Source of the DNA: Saccostrea echinata
Lineage: Eukaryota
Reading direction: 5' to 3'
NCBI RefSeq assembly: GCF_033153115.1
Contig: NW_026889750.1
Coordinates: 39,308,001-39,372,000, forward strand
Length of the DNA stretch: 64,000 bases
The translations under genes and the position numbers were made by a program. Below the pieces are notes generated by a model that was not told where the DNA came from, did no database searches, and was given only the letters and a program-made list of their open reading frames with translations. Of the stretch, positions 51,607-64,000 are shown piece after piece (within the stretch, counting starts at the first letter, position 1; every line of letters begins with the position of its first letter).

Positions 51607-52877
51607 TTTGTTATACCTTTTATTTTATTTACATATACATGTATCTTGTACTGGTTTCCATAATGTAAATTTCCTTTACCCGCACTGCGGTTAAACTCGG
51701 TCCCGCCCACATTGTGACGTAGAGGTCCAATATCTCATCGACAGGTCCAATATCTTACTCAGCGGTCAAACATCGATTTTCAATGGACTGCTCAGTAAAA
51801 CATTGAAAATGTCAGACTTTTTAAAGTATAGATTTATATAGGAAACAATTTTTAAAGGTATAACAATACTTATTATATTTGTGACATAATAGGAAAAATT
51901 ATTCGAAAAAAATTACTGTTGTATAACAAATGTTTTTAACAAATCAAAATTCTTCATCCCTTGCATACCACTAAAAGTGTGTTGTAATGTATTTAGTGCA
52001 AATTTATTGGGAACTTGGACAGTGTTAATTTGCACACCCCATTTTATATCAGTGATATATTGTATACAAATGCCAAAAAACTTTAGATTATAGTCTCCAT
52101 TGCAGGTTCAAAATTCACTTAATTATATCTCTTAATATACTATGAAACATGCGTACAGCTAAATGATGAACAAATGATGAAAAGGGATGAACAATTTTGA
52201 TTCATTATAAACATGATTTGTAATATCTGTTAAGTTTATATTATGTCTTTGCTGTACAGATAAATTCATTATATGAGTGTTCAACTAAACTTGCTACATG
52301 TGTCCTTTGGTGTTGGGGGGGGGGGGTTCAAATTTGTTCAAGTAAAGGTCCATTTCCCTTTCAAAAAGGGGCCAATTAAGAAATAGTGGAAGTAGGGTGA
52401 GATCATTTAAAAAAACAAAACAAAAAAAAACTTGTGTAGAGTTTCTGTTTAGAATATGGTAGAGAAGGGGTCCAAAGTTTTGAATGCAGGTGTATGGTAA
52501 AATCTTTTAAGAACTACAAGGTGAAAAATTTTCAAACTTGTACAAACCTCCTCTGATATGTAGATCAAGTCATATTTGTTAAGATCCTGACCTCTAGCAC
52601 AGAAATTGGCCAACACAAGGGTCATAAGTTTTACAAAGAAATGCATAGAAAACTCTTAAAGAATCTTTTGAGGACTGCAATTTAGCAGGCACCCACATGT
52701 ACCGCAATGTACATTCAGGTTTGTTCAAACCCTGGTCACATTGTGCAGGGAATGGACCACAAAGACATATAATTGAAAAGAAACAAATAATATTTAAAAA
52801 ATTTTCTCTACAAGATTTACAAGACTACAATTTGTCAAATTTATTTGCAAACATTTTATGTAGTACAAATTTAAGAT

Positions 52878-53230
52878 TAGGGCTGTGTCAATAAGTTGAT
52901 AAGTAACCAATATTCAAGAATGTATCGTATCAAAAAAATAAATTCCAATACATATCGGGCAGGCTGTTTTTCTTATAATTCTGTGAAAATGTTGAAAATG
53001 TCAATCACCAAAGATTTGAATTAAAACTAATTAATAATGATATAAACCTTAGGGAGATAACACATCTTAATTATTAAAATATTCATAGACAACTATATTC
53101 AAACATGCTGGTTTGACAGTCATTGAAAATTTGAATTTGTTAAAAACTGGTTAAAAAATCCAATATATCGCAAATCACTTTATAAAATATATAATAAGTA
53201 TCAAAATTATTTGCTCAATACAAAGCCCTA
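52878..53230. mobile_element. hAT MITE with 8-bp TSD, inserted in a decayed HINE (~52270-53565)
   Basis: TTTAAGAT|TAGGGCT ... AGCCCTA|TTTAAGAT. Confidence 0.8.
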
Positions 53231-53775
53231 TTTAAGATTGAATAAAATATTGTCCCAAAGGCATGTTTAAGATGTGGTCCCTAAGGCAGAATAAGTGGGA
53301 GAGACACAATATTTTTTAGTGTAATTAATTGGACTTTGAAAAAATCCTGTCATGGAGGTTACAAATTGTCGAACTAATATGAAATTGTTCTCATAAGCAG
53401 TAAATTCAGATTTGATTACATCCTTGCCAAATGGACCAAAACAGTTTAGATTAGGGTTATCAAATCTAAGATAAAGAAGAAAAGAATAAAAAATATTTTC
53501 TTAATGTCACTCGGAAAATGCCTCTAAATAACACTCAGGTGACTAGTAAGGTCCATGGGCCTGTGTGTGTGTTTGTTTTGTAGCTTTAAGTAAACCAGGA
53601 GTTCAAATTTTATTTCCAAAGGTAAAATTAAATGCATTTTTAATGATGTATTTTTATTTGTGCCAGATGTGTCTGTGATGGGTACAAATTGCCCAGCAGA
53701 GTATTGATGGAGCGAAGATCAGATGAGCAATAGTGTGTTGTCACCAAGACTGTGAGGCACACACAGTTTGTTGAC

Positions 53776-56700
53776 ATGAGAGTAAGACCATCTCGTTTGC
53801 TACGCAGCCTCTTTCTGGTAGTGCTATTTCTTTTCGTGATGCTCAACATGCATGTGCTGTTGAATACGAATTCTCACCATTCAGAATCCGTGGATCATTC
53901 CCTTCTCTACAAACTCCGAAATCCGGACATTTACATCAACCCTCACGTGCAAGTCGGCCATGAAGTCACACCTCAAAGTAGCGAAGCCAAGCTGGAAGTG
54001 TTCATCCCACCAAATATGTATAATCAGACATTCTCCAAAGGAGACGTACAGGAAAACAATTTAACACAAATTAAACTAGAAATAGATAGGATTAACCGAG
54101 AACAATATATACAAAATTTGCACAAGTTTGGATTGAAGTTAAGAACAGACAGTGTTGTCATGGTAGTCCAAGTTCATGATCGCGCTCAGTACCTCCAGAT
54201 TCTTGTGGATTCTTTACGTAAAGTCAAGAAGATACAGGAGACCCTTGTGATATTTAGTCATGATGTGTATTCAGAGGCTCTAAATAAAATTGTGCAATCT
54301 ATAGACTTTTGTCCGGTAAGTGGTCTACTTGATGATTTATTAAACAGTATTTTGTACGTGTTCTTTGCTAGCACTGAAAAATTACGAGCAGTTGTTTATA
54401 TTATACATGTATAAGTTTACCTATAAAACTTAAGTTTTATATCAAATAATTTTTTGATAAGCATTTAAATATGATGGGTATTTACTTAAATATTTGATTT
54501 TATGGTTTTTGATTATATGTGGCAGGTTTTCCCCCCACAAGCTTATGCCTTAACATGCATACATTTCACTGAAACCTTGACAGGGTATCAAAATCTTGAC
54601 AAATAATTTAGATATTATTCAGATTCTGTTTACATAGTCAGCCTGTTATTAAGAAATCTAAAATTAAAACTGATAATTTTTGCTGTATATGTGCATATCA
54701 ATTATGCAATTCTCATTTAGACTTTTAAAAGTTCTTGATTCGTCAAAGTGATCTAAAATGTATTATACAAGCATGCTAATTGATGATAAGTAAAAACTGT
54801 TTTTTCAAGAAATGTGTTTGAATTTTTGTTGGCTATGTAGAAAACCTTATTGATATTTTTACTATCACATTTAGTATATTACAAATTTTACCTGATTGAA
54901 AACTTAAGTAAACTCCTCATTTTTAAAAAAAAAATTGCTTGAAATGCAAGTATGCAACAAAGTAGTTTTTTATAGAAATATCAGAATAAATTATGGTTAT
55001 CAAACTTTATATGAGATATAATGACCAGGAGACATTTATATCAATTTTTAATTAAGTATTAATGTAGACAGGAGCTTATCAGTATCGATCAATACTCAAA
55101 TGTGCATGTTTTTTTATATACATGTATCATGAATAAAGATACACTAAAAATATAGATAAGTGATAGCAAAAATCAATGTAGCTATGGGATTAAAGTACTA
55201 CTTATAGAAAGAAAAATAGAAAAGACTAGCAGCTAAGCCATGTATATGTGTGTATAAATACAAATAAGCAGTTTAAAACATTTTAGTATTGCACATTCTA
55301 TCTGTTTTCTATCTCAATCTGTTTACAAACCCTACAGCAGGTGCCCTCTGTTTTGTGTCTGGTGCACTAAGAGTTGCATACAGATTTGAATTTTTGTTTA
55401 CCGGTAGTAGGTAAATTCTCAATATATACCAACAAACACATACGTAGCTTTGACAAACTAATTTGTACACTATTTTTTCATCAGGTGATGCAGATATTTA
55501 TGCCTGTGACTGCTCAACTTCATCCACAAGAATTCCCCGGCGAACACCCAAACGATTGTCCCCGCAATATAAAAAAGGAGGAGTAAGTGTGTATATTGTA
55601 GCTTATCACTGAAACTCTGTCCCTGTGGTCAGAAAACATACAGCTTTGCTGTTTCTTAAAGAATAGGAAGAGCCCTCGGGCACACTACATTGTATATCCA
55701 CAAGGGTTCATGACCACTTTGCATGATTTGCCATCTCTGCCTTTTATTCCCTGTGTTCATCTTACCATGACTTTTGCAAAACTTTGGTTTGGCTTCTTTG
55801 AATGTTCATAAAGAAATATACAAATTTAACATCAAAACTTGTTCACAAAGAAAAAAAATTGAAGTGGAAGTGAAGAATATTTTTTTGGATGACTTTTCAG
55901 GGCAGCATCAAAGAAATGTAACAATTGGCAGCATCCAGACAAGTATGGGCATTATAGAGAGGCCAAGTACTGCCAGACAAAACATCACTGGTTATGGAAG
56001 GTAAGCTAACTGATCAGTATGGGCTGTTTAACTGACAAGCCTGGGCAGTCTGATGATGTGGGCTGTCTATCTGACAAGTTAAGGGAATCTGACAACTATG
56101 GGCAGTCTAACTGACAAGTATGGGCAGTCTAACTTACAAACATTGGCAATCTGACAAGTTTGGGCAGTCTGACAATGTGGGCTGTCTATCTGACAAGTAT
56201 AGGGAATCTGACATCTATGGGCAGTCTAACTGACAAGTATGGGCTGTCTAACTCACAATCATTGGCAATCTGACAAGTTTGGGCAGTCTGACAATGTGAA
56301 CTGTCTATCTGACAAATAATGGGAATCTGACAAGTATGGGCAGTCGAACTTGCAAATATGGGCCATCTAACTGACAAGCATGGGCAGTCTAACTGACAAA
56401 TTTGAGAATCTGATTGACAAGTACAGACAATATTGGCATTACAGAGAGGCCATATACTGCATAATGTAAACACAACAATTTAAGCAATACAATGACTGCT
56501 AGGTATTATTTGTCTAAAATTTATGTCAACCACAATACACTGTTTTCAAAACATATAAAAAATCAATTTGACAAAGGTTTCTCTGAGGAATTTTACTGTG
56601 GTATTGTATCAATCATTGAAACCTTTAGGGTGTTGTTATTTCAGTAGCAATGTAGCATTGTTGGGATAAAATAAAAATGCTTTGAAAAATGTCATCTACC

Positions 56701-59700
56701 CTGTTGTTTGATAATCTAGTTTGTAGTTTGATAAAACATGATCTATAATTGTTTTTTATATTAATCTGATGGGGAAATATTTTACACATATACAATTCTT
56801 TTTGCACAAATGAGACTGACACAATAATACTTGTATTTGTTATTTATCTATCCCCAGAGACCTGCAATTAACATGATTAGGTAGATGACTATTTGACACA
56901 AGGAGATAGACTGATGTGTTAGAATCTCTGTACATAAAATTACTTACTCCTGCCACAGTAGGGGTAAGTCACATGAAATTAGGTCTTGGCTTTAGATAAC
57001 TGGACTTAGTAAAATCCATTGCCTTTAAATCTGATGAACAAGTCAGGTTAAAAAAGTTTTGCAAGCATAAGAATAGGGTTACAGTAATTGTATAACAGGT
57101 GTGTTATTGTACCTGGAGGCAGCATATCATATTGTATGATGGATTGTGAATCTGAACAAAACATACACTAAAAAGTCATTTCAGTTTACTTTCTATGTAG
57201 TATTGATATTGTTTTTCTGTCATATGAACTATTTTCATCCATTTTTAAAACCCTGTGCTTCATTTTTTTTTTTTTTTTTTTGGCAATCTTGTGGTAGAGC
57301 AGGTAGATAAGACTAAAGTGAAACTAGAGTGTTCCAAAGAAATGCATGTGTCACCTGTTTTATAGCTCCATTAAAGATGTAAATAAATCTAAGAATGGTC
57401 ATGAAAGCTATTTATTTGCCTCTAGCATTATCAGTAACCATGGTATTTTACAAAAGTCATGATGCCAAGCAATATATGTGCAAAATCAAATCCATACCTC
57501 TAACAGTTCTAGAGATAGAAAGTGTGACAGATGGACAGACAGACAGATGCCGAGTAAAGTGATCGCTAAGTGTCGCTCTTCTCTGCAGGCAACACAAAAA
57601 AACCTTTTGTTTTAATTTACATAGAGACATGATATATGTCATTCATATTGTTATTTTAGAGTTTAATATATACATACATCTTGCCCAGTTCTCAAAAATG
57701 CATAGGTCACTTATGAAAATATTTTATCTCTTCAAAAAGAAAAAAAAAATCTTAAAAGAAGTTTTCAAAGCATGCTCCTTTCTATGATATTTTTTGTATA
57801 ATAATAACTATCCTGCATGTGCATCCAAGCCTGTGTCCCTTACAGGATTGTGGATGAAGAGTATTACATGTATTTATTGAAAAAGAGTGGTATATATTAC
57901 AAAATTTTCTTTTCCCATCACTTTCCCTGATTATGGGGTTAGAGATTTACTACTACTACCAGCTAGACTTTTGTGACATATGACCACTTTCTGATAATAT
58001 CTGCTTAGTATACAAATAAATCCCTTTTTGATATGACTAAAGTATATTTCCTTATGCTGAGGTGTAGGGAGAAGAGATAATGGTAGATTGGTTACTAGGA
58101 GAGGCTAGGTAAATTTTATTTATATAAGCTACATGTGAAATGATGGATTAAACTGTGTGGGTCAGTTTTAATGTAGATACAGGAGTATTTTTTCCTTAAA
58201 ATACACATACAATTTGCTTGACAAACATGAAATTATCAGTATAAATGGTTGGAGTGAGCAGATATAGAAAGGTAGATTTCCTCTTGAGTAGTGTTTTTTT
58301 TAATAAAACAGAGTACATGAAGTATGACTGGTAATGTTTTCTCAGTAAAAAAAATATTCAAAGCACATTAAATTTGATATCTTCTTGTCCCATCACTTAG
58401 CAGATATATTTAAATCAATGTTCGGTGTATAAACTGAAAAAAATCCAGGTATGCACCTATATTGGAGGAAATTAATTTTACTGGCCTGTAACAGCAAAAA
58501 AAAAAGAAAATGTATAGATCTATGGTAATATTTTTGCATTCATCCATTAAACACAACATTCAAGAACAGAAAAATTACCAGTGCATGAATTTTATTTGTA
58601 TTAGCACTCAAATTCTTTTTTCATTGAGTTTCCAGCTTATGGACAGTTAATTATAGGATTAGGGACTAAACATGATGAAAAATAATTATTTACAAAAGGA
58701 TTTTACTTTGCAAACATGGTTGAGTAAAATTAATCGCAATGTAAACTTTAATTTAGACAGATTGTGTTTGATTTCTGTTGATAATTCAATTCATTCATGA
58801 TATCAAAGTTCTTGTTATGACACAACAAGCATGTACATTACATTACTACATTGTATCACAAATACCAAAGGGTCCAAACTCTTTGCCTCATGTTGCCAAG
58901 AAAGATTTAAAAATGAAAGCAAAATCTTTTTCACAATATTTTCAAAATTTTTGCAAACAAGTTTGTTATAGCTTTACTGATCATAGAGTGTCCATAGAAT
59001 ACATGATTCTGTGTACTGGTTTTATACTTTTTTATGTTCACTCAAAATGGAATAATCTGTTCATAATCTACTCCTATTATGCTGTGGGATTTTTGTAAAA
59101 CTGGCTACTACTTTATAAATCCTAATGATAAATACTGATATTTGAGGGGTGATCAAAAAGTTTGCAAACTATCTCTATATTTACAAAACCACAATTCAGA
59201 TAAGAATGCAATTTGGCACACATATAGTCATACACATGTTCTATAAATAGCATATGTAATGTAATGTTTTTCTCCATGTGTGTAATGTCACAATGTAAAA
59301 ATGACGTCAATATGTAGGTGACTTGTGACAAAAAATGGTTGACTCAGTCGTACTTGAGATACAAACGGCTGTGAAGTTTAACGTATATCTTGGAAACTCC
59401 TTTGCAGTAGTGTATAATATTTTGAACAAGGTTTTGAAGATAAACAACTTCCCAGAAGTTCAATCATTAATTGGATTGATTGTTTGAGTGAAGGGAGAGA
59501 GACGGTTAAAAATGGTGTTTGTTTTTTTTGCCCAGTGATAGAAAGCTGGTTTAGTGTTGTGTCCATAGTTGAGCAATTTGTTATTAAAGATCGCCAAATT
59601 ACAGTTAGATAAAATGTTAAATATCTTAACAGTAATGTTAATATTAAATCTCTAAAATATCATTTACTTCAGACTTTAAACATATCAGATATGATAAAAA

Positions 59701-61456
59701 GAAGTTGCACATACTTTATCCACATTGGATAAATGATGTTGCCAAGGTAGAGGACTTGGGTTGTGATGGTCACCATGCTCATTCTAGGAAAAGATATCCT
59801 TTTCTCCCCATCCTATTTCTGAGATTTGGCCATTTCTGACTAATGGACTGTTCTTGTTATAAAAAATAACCTGCATGGTAAGAAATATACGACTCTGAAA
59901 AATCTTTTGGCTTCTGTGAACAGAACGCTAAGGAGCATGTCACGTGACCACCTGGATCACGTGATTCACGCATGGACAGAACGGTGGCAGATGTGCATTA
60001 AAATCGGGGGGGGGGGGACTACTTTAAGAAATAATGAATATTAAAACCTAATTTTAGTTCTTTTATGGAAGTAATTCAATTAGTTCACGAACTTTTTGAT
60101 CACCCTTCATAATTATATAAATGTTGAACTAAAAAATAATGTGTCTAAAATCCAAGTGCAACTTTTAGTCTATTCAAAGTGGTAGAGCTACAGTCTCAGC
60201 AGAGACCTCTGGTTCATTATTTAACCCTTCAACAGATAATTTCTGTAGCACTTTGTTCACTTTTACCTATTATGACCCACATCTTGGGTACCATGACTTG
60301 CTTATCAGATAGAACCCATTAAAAACCTGTTTCTACAAAAATGTTTTCTTTTCTTTAGCTTCATCGTGTGTTTGATGAGCTGGATGTGACCAAGAACTAC
60401 ACGGGACAGGTTCTGTTACTAGAGGAGGATTACTATGTAACTCCTGATATTATCACTACTCTACAAATGACACTCAATCTCAAGAAAAAGTGAGCACTTT
60501 TTTCTGTCTTGGCTCTGTACTTTATTATAGGATATATATCCATAGCTAAAGATATGTGTTGTTTTATTTAAAAGTATTGCACTTCTTTGGGATGCCCCCT
60601 AAAAAAAACCCCTGCACTTTCAAATGAGTGAGTGGTTTGTGTGAAATAACCCAGCTAAATTTCTACATTTTAAAATACCCTGGTGTTGAATTCATTGATT
60701 ATCAACTTTTGTAATAGTTTGAAATCCAGAGGAAATGATGATGAATTCATAATTGCTAATGTCCAACATATATCCAAGGTCACAACATGCAATATCAAGA
60801 GGCTGCTGGGAATTTAAATGTTAACTTTTAATATCCATATTTAATTTTTAATCCAAAAGACCACTCAGACATACTTTCTATTTAGGTCATTTCCATTTCT
60901 GAATAATTTAATTCTGGTTGTAATGTGCCATTTGATTAGATAAAAAAAATTACATTATATCATATATATTGTGTTGCCTACGTCACAATGACTTGGGTCA
61001 AAAAAGTATCGATCCACCTGATGTTACATTTAAATTTGGTATAATTTAAAGTCATTTTTAAGGACAATCATTTCTATTTACTTATAATAAATAAATGAAA
61101 ATTGAATTATAAGGAATGAATTTAATAGCTACTCAATTTATATGGTATAAACTGGGTTGGAACAGTTTATGCTTTTTTATAAATATACTGTATAAATATT
61201 GGGTAGCTATTAAATTCTTTACTTAATTAATATACATGTATATTTCTGTGTCCAGTTAGATATATATGTACAGATAATGTTGAACTTTAAAAGACAATGA
61301 TTGAATTTACTTATATGTTTTTTATAATTATGTGATGTTATAAACTGCTTATTAAAATCTTTCAAAACTATTTATTCCAGAGAGTGTAAGGACTGTCGTA
61401 TGATCACTGCAGGGAATTATGACAAATCCCAGATATTCTCGTCTAATTCAGGCAAG
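53776..61456 (+). CDS. MGAT2: Alpha-1,6-mannosyl-glycoprotein 2-beta-N-acetylglucosaminyltransferase (GnT-II), partial; continues beyond the window
   Basis: Exons 53776-54315, 55485-55582, 55901-56000, 60359-60489, 61381-61456, phase-consistent. Type II TM (LFLVVLFLFVML), VVQVHDRAQYLQILVDSL, LVIFSHD, IDFCPVMQIF, EFPGEHPNDCPRNI, CNNWQHPDKYGHYREAKYCQTKHHWLWKL, catalytic LLEEDYY. Confidence 0.93.
56005..56460 (+). repeat. Exon-derived minisatellite (18-22-bp monomers, 119-bp higher-order repeat) in an MGAT2 intron
   Basis: Monomer CTGACAAGTATGGGCAGTCTAA; ATGTG..CTGTCTATCTGAC at 56056/56175/56294; core GACAAGTATGGGCA equals exon 55938-55951. Confidence 0.9.
59143..60109 (+). mobile_element. Decayed, internally deleted mariner transposon
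   Basis: TIRs TGAGGGGTGATCAAAAAGTT ... AACTTTTTGATCACCCTTCA|TA; transposase remnants IVEQFVIKDRQITVR (59565-59609) and a frameshifted YSPDLAP(S)DY-like segment near 59810-59845. Confidence 0.7.
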
Positions 61457-61509
61457 GTGAGATCAAATAAAGGACAACTATGAGGAAATAAATACAATTC
61501 TAACTATAT

Positions 61510-62745
61510 AATGACTTACTGACCTTCAAAACACAAAAATTTTCCTTTCTAATTAAAAAATACTGTTCTGATTTTTAGAAAGAAAACTCACTTTTTTAAA
61601 ACAGAAAACTGAACAAATGACTTGCTGACCAACAGAATAGAAAATTTCCATTCCAGTTAACAAATGATTTGTTGATTTTTAGTAAGAAAACTACCCATTC
61701 CAGTTAACTTACTCTCATACAGAACAGAGTTGACAAATGACTTGCTGATCTGCAAAAATGTAAAATAACAAATGACCGATTTACAGAAATAAAACTTCCT
61801 CTTCTAATTAACAAATTACTGGCTGACATAACATAAAATTTGACAAATGTCTTACTTCTCTGCCGAAAAGAACCTTCTATTACTTTTAACAGATGTCTTT
61901 TTGACCTTCTGTATGGAGAAGAAAAACTGTTCCACGTGTTCCAGTTAACAAATGCTTCATTGACCAGTAGAAATAAAACTTTCCCTCAAAACGACTCATT
62001 GACCAGCAGAAAGAAAACTTGCCTTTCACATGTTCCAGTTAACATATGACTCATTGACCAGCAGAAATAAAACTTTCCCCCCACATGTTCAAGTTAACAA
62101 ATGACTCATTGACCAGCAGAAAGAAAAATTTCCTTCTACATGTTCAAATTAACAAATGACTCATTGACCAGTAGAAATAAAACTTTCCCTCCACAAATGA
62201 CTCATTTACCAGCAGAAAGAAAACTTTCCCTCCTCGTGTTCAAGTTAACAATTGCCTCATCAACCAGCAGAAAGAAAATTTTCCTTCCACATGTTCAAGT
62301 TAACAAATGACTCATTGACCAGCAGAAAGATAACTTTCCTTCCACATGTTCAAGTTAACAAATGACTCATTGACCAGCAGAAAGAAAATTCTCCTTCCAC
62401 AATTTCCAGTTAACATATGTCGCATTGACCAGCATAGAGAAACTTGCCATTCCAGTTAACAAATGAATTACTGACCTAAAGAACAGAAAATCTTCCTTTT
62501 CAATTTTGAAAAGATTTTATAAATCGAAGAAAGAAAGCTTTCCTTTCCCATAAATAATGACCTACTTACCAGCAGGACAAACTTCCTTTCATGGTTAACA
62601 GTTGACATATTGACCTGAACATTGACTTAACAAACCAGCAGTACATAGACTTCCTTTCATGGTTAACAGGTGACATACTGTCCTTAGCAATTACTTAACC
62701 AACCAACAAAAACTTCCTTTCATGGTTAACTGGTAACGTACTGAC
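61510..62745 (+). repeat. 55-bp minisatellite with degenerate flanking units in an MGAT2 intron
   Basis: Unit AACAAATGACTCATTGACCAGCAGAAAGAAAACTTTCCTTCCACATGTTCAAGTT; ATGACTCAT at 62046, 62101, 62156, 62197, 62307, 62362. Confidence 0.9.
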
Positions 62746-62755
62746 CTCCAGAAAG

Positions 62756-63520
62756 TTTTTTCTCCGAGAAAGTGAGCTTTTCTGATCGCCCGTTGTCCTG
62801 CGTCTGTCCGTTAGTTTGTCTAGCTGTCTGTCTAGCTGTCCGTCCGTCTGTAAACTTTTCACATTTTTGACTTCCTCTCAGAAACCAAAGTTGGCACAAA
62901 GCATCCTTGAGAGAAGGGGATTCTAAATTGTTCAAATGAAGCTTATGAAGGGCTAAGTCCTATTCCAAGGGGAGGTAAACAAGAAAAGGATAAATAGGGT
63001 GGGGTCATTAAAAAATTTTCTTCTCAAGAACCACTGGGGCAGAAGAGATGAAACTTGTGTGAAAGCTTCAGGAGGTAGTGTAGATTATAAATTGTTCAAA
63101 TCATGGCCCTGGTGTTTCGGTGGGGCCACAAAAGGGGATCAAAGTTTTACATTGAAATATATAAAAGAAATTCTTTAAATATCTTCTCAAGAACCACTGG
63201 GCAAGAAAAGATGAAATTTGTATGATGGCTTTATGAGATAGTATAGTTTCTAAATTGTTCAAATCATGGCCCCCGAGGGTTGGGTGGGACTAAAATAGGA
63301 GATTAAAGTTTTACATTGAAATGTATAGAAAAAAAATTCTCTAAAAATCTTTTTCTCAAGTACTGGTCCTGAAGTGATGAAACTTATACGAAAACTTCCT
63401 GAGGTAGTGTAGATACTAAATTAAATAAATTTTGGCCCCTGGGGGTAGGATGCCATCACAATAGTGGATCAGAGTTTTACATGGAACAATATAGGAAATA
63501 AATGTTGAAAATCATCGCAG
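62756..63520 (-). mobile_element. HINE of the 28158/31902 family, reverse orientation, truncated
   Basis: AAGTGAGCTTTTCTGATC, GTCCGTCTGTAAACTTTTCACATTTT and reverse-complement ~166-bp units. Confidence 0.75.
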
Positions 63521-63577
63521 GAACTACATTCGCTCCATTCATATGCAAACATTCCAAAGTTGAGTGGATTCATTTCT

Positions 63578-64000
63578 TTTTATGCCCTACCATAAAATGA
63601 CCGGGGCATATAGTGTTACCCCGTTCCGTCATTCTATCATTCCATCATCATGTCTTTCCATTCATTATCTTGGCAACAGTTGCACACATTCAACTCAAAT
63701 TTCACATATGGATACGTCATATAAATATGCAGGTCAAGTTTAAATTTGGTCATGGTCTGATGATTTTTGACAGAGTTATCCTTCTTGAACTCAGATAAAA
63801 ATAAGAAATTTTCAGTTTCTGCTCTCCAACTTTTGTAGGGATGTTTGTATAAGGTTGAAATTATATATGCAGGTATTTTACCAGAAAATACAGGTCAAGT
63901 TCGAAATTGGTCCTGGTCCGTTAATTTTTGAAAGTTATCCCCCTTGAACTTGGAAAAGATTTGAAAATTCACAATTTCTTATCATTATCTCGGCTGAAAA
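63578..64000 (+). mobile_element. Start of another HINE-like element (runs off the window)
   Basis: TTTTTATGCCC....GGGGCATATAGTGTTACCC start, TCATTC microsatellite, repeated CAGGTCAAGTT..AATTTGGTC.TGGTC units. Confidence 0.55.

Noticed and set aside
39940-52894. Numerous 60-115 aa ORFs in intergenic/intronic DNA (e.g. 39940-40287, 44978-45178, 51408-51710)
   Set aside because: They derive from homopolymers, microsatellites or palindromic repeats, with low-complexity translations and no splice or domain support.
59939-59965. Two palindromic E-boxes (GTCACGTGAC, ATCACGTGAT) as a TFE3/MITF CLEAR-type enhancer of MGAT2
   Set aside because: They lie within the bounds of a decayed mariner element, and nothing beyond the motif match supports function.
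21206-61456. MOGS and MGAT2 as an N-glycosylation gene cluster
   Set aside because: They are ~29 kb apart, separated by ZRANB1, with no shared regulatory signature visible. Probably coincidental unless synteny data say otherwise.
53776-61456. Intron-rich MGAT2 as a novelty (the human CDS is intronless)
   Set aside because: Intron-containing invertebrate orthologs are expected; this most likely reflects vertebrate intron loss.

Overview
AT-rich, intron-containing eukaryotic genomic DNA. The repeat families (Helentron-type elements with ~166-bp internal repeats, a bivalve-type SINE) suggest an oyster or other bivalve; this is an inference. I reconstructed five protein-coding genes by hand from GT-AG junctions and exon phase. 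(1) A 25-exon EMSY-like gene (+, 2295-18486, ~1205 aa) with an N-terminal ENT domain and, unexpectedly, an intact-looking C-terminal bromodomain. (2) An intronless AP-2 (TFAP2)-family transcription factor (+, 13953-15164) nested on the same strand inside EMSY intron 19, upstream of all the bromodomain exons, with its own TATA/Inr and polyA signals. (3) MOGS (+, 2 coding exons). (4) ZRANB1/TRABID (-, 7 coding exons). (5) MGAT2 (+, 3'-truncated by the window end) with a uORF-rich leader. Introns and intergenic DNA are packed with MITEs (several with clear TSDs and nesting), Helentron-associated elements, a SINE, a decayed mariner and a tRNA-Lys-like pseudogene. The most interesting signals are the EMSY-bromodomain host with its nested TFAP2 retrogene-like unit (a possible intronic-polyadenylation switch) and a recurrent class of minisatellites seeded from exon or splice-junction sequence. 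No database searches could be run, so family assignments rest on recognised motifs.
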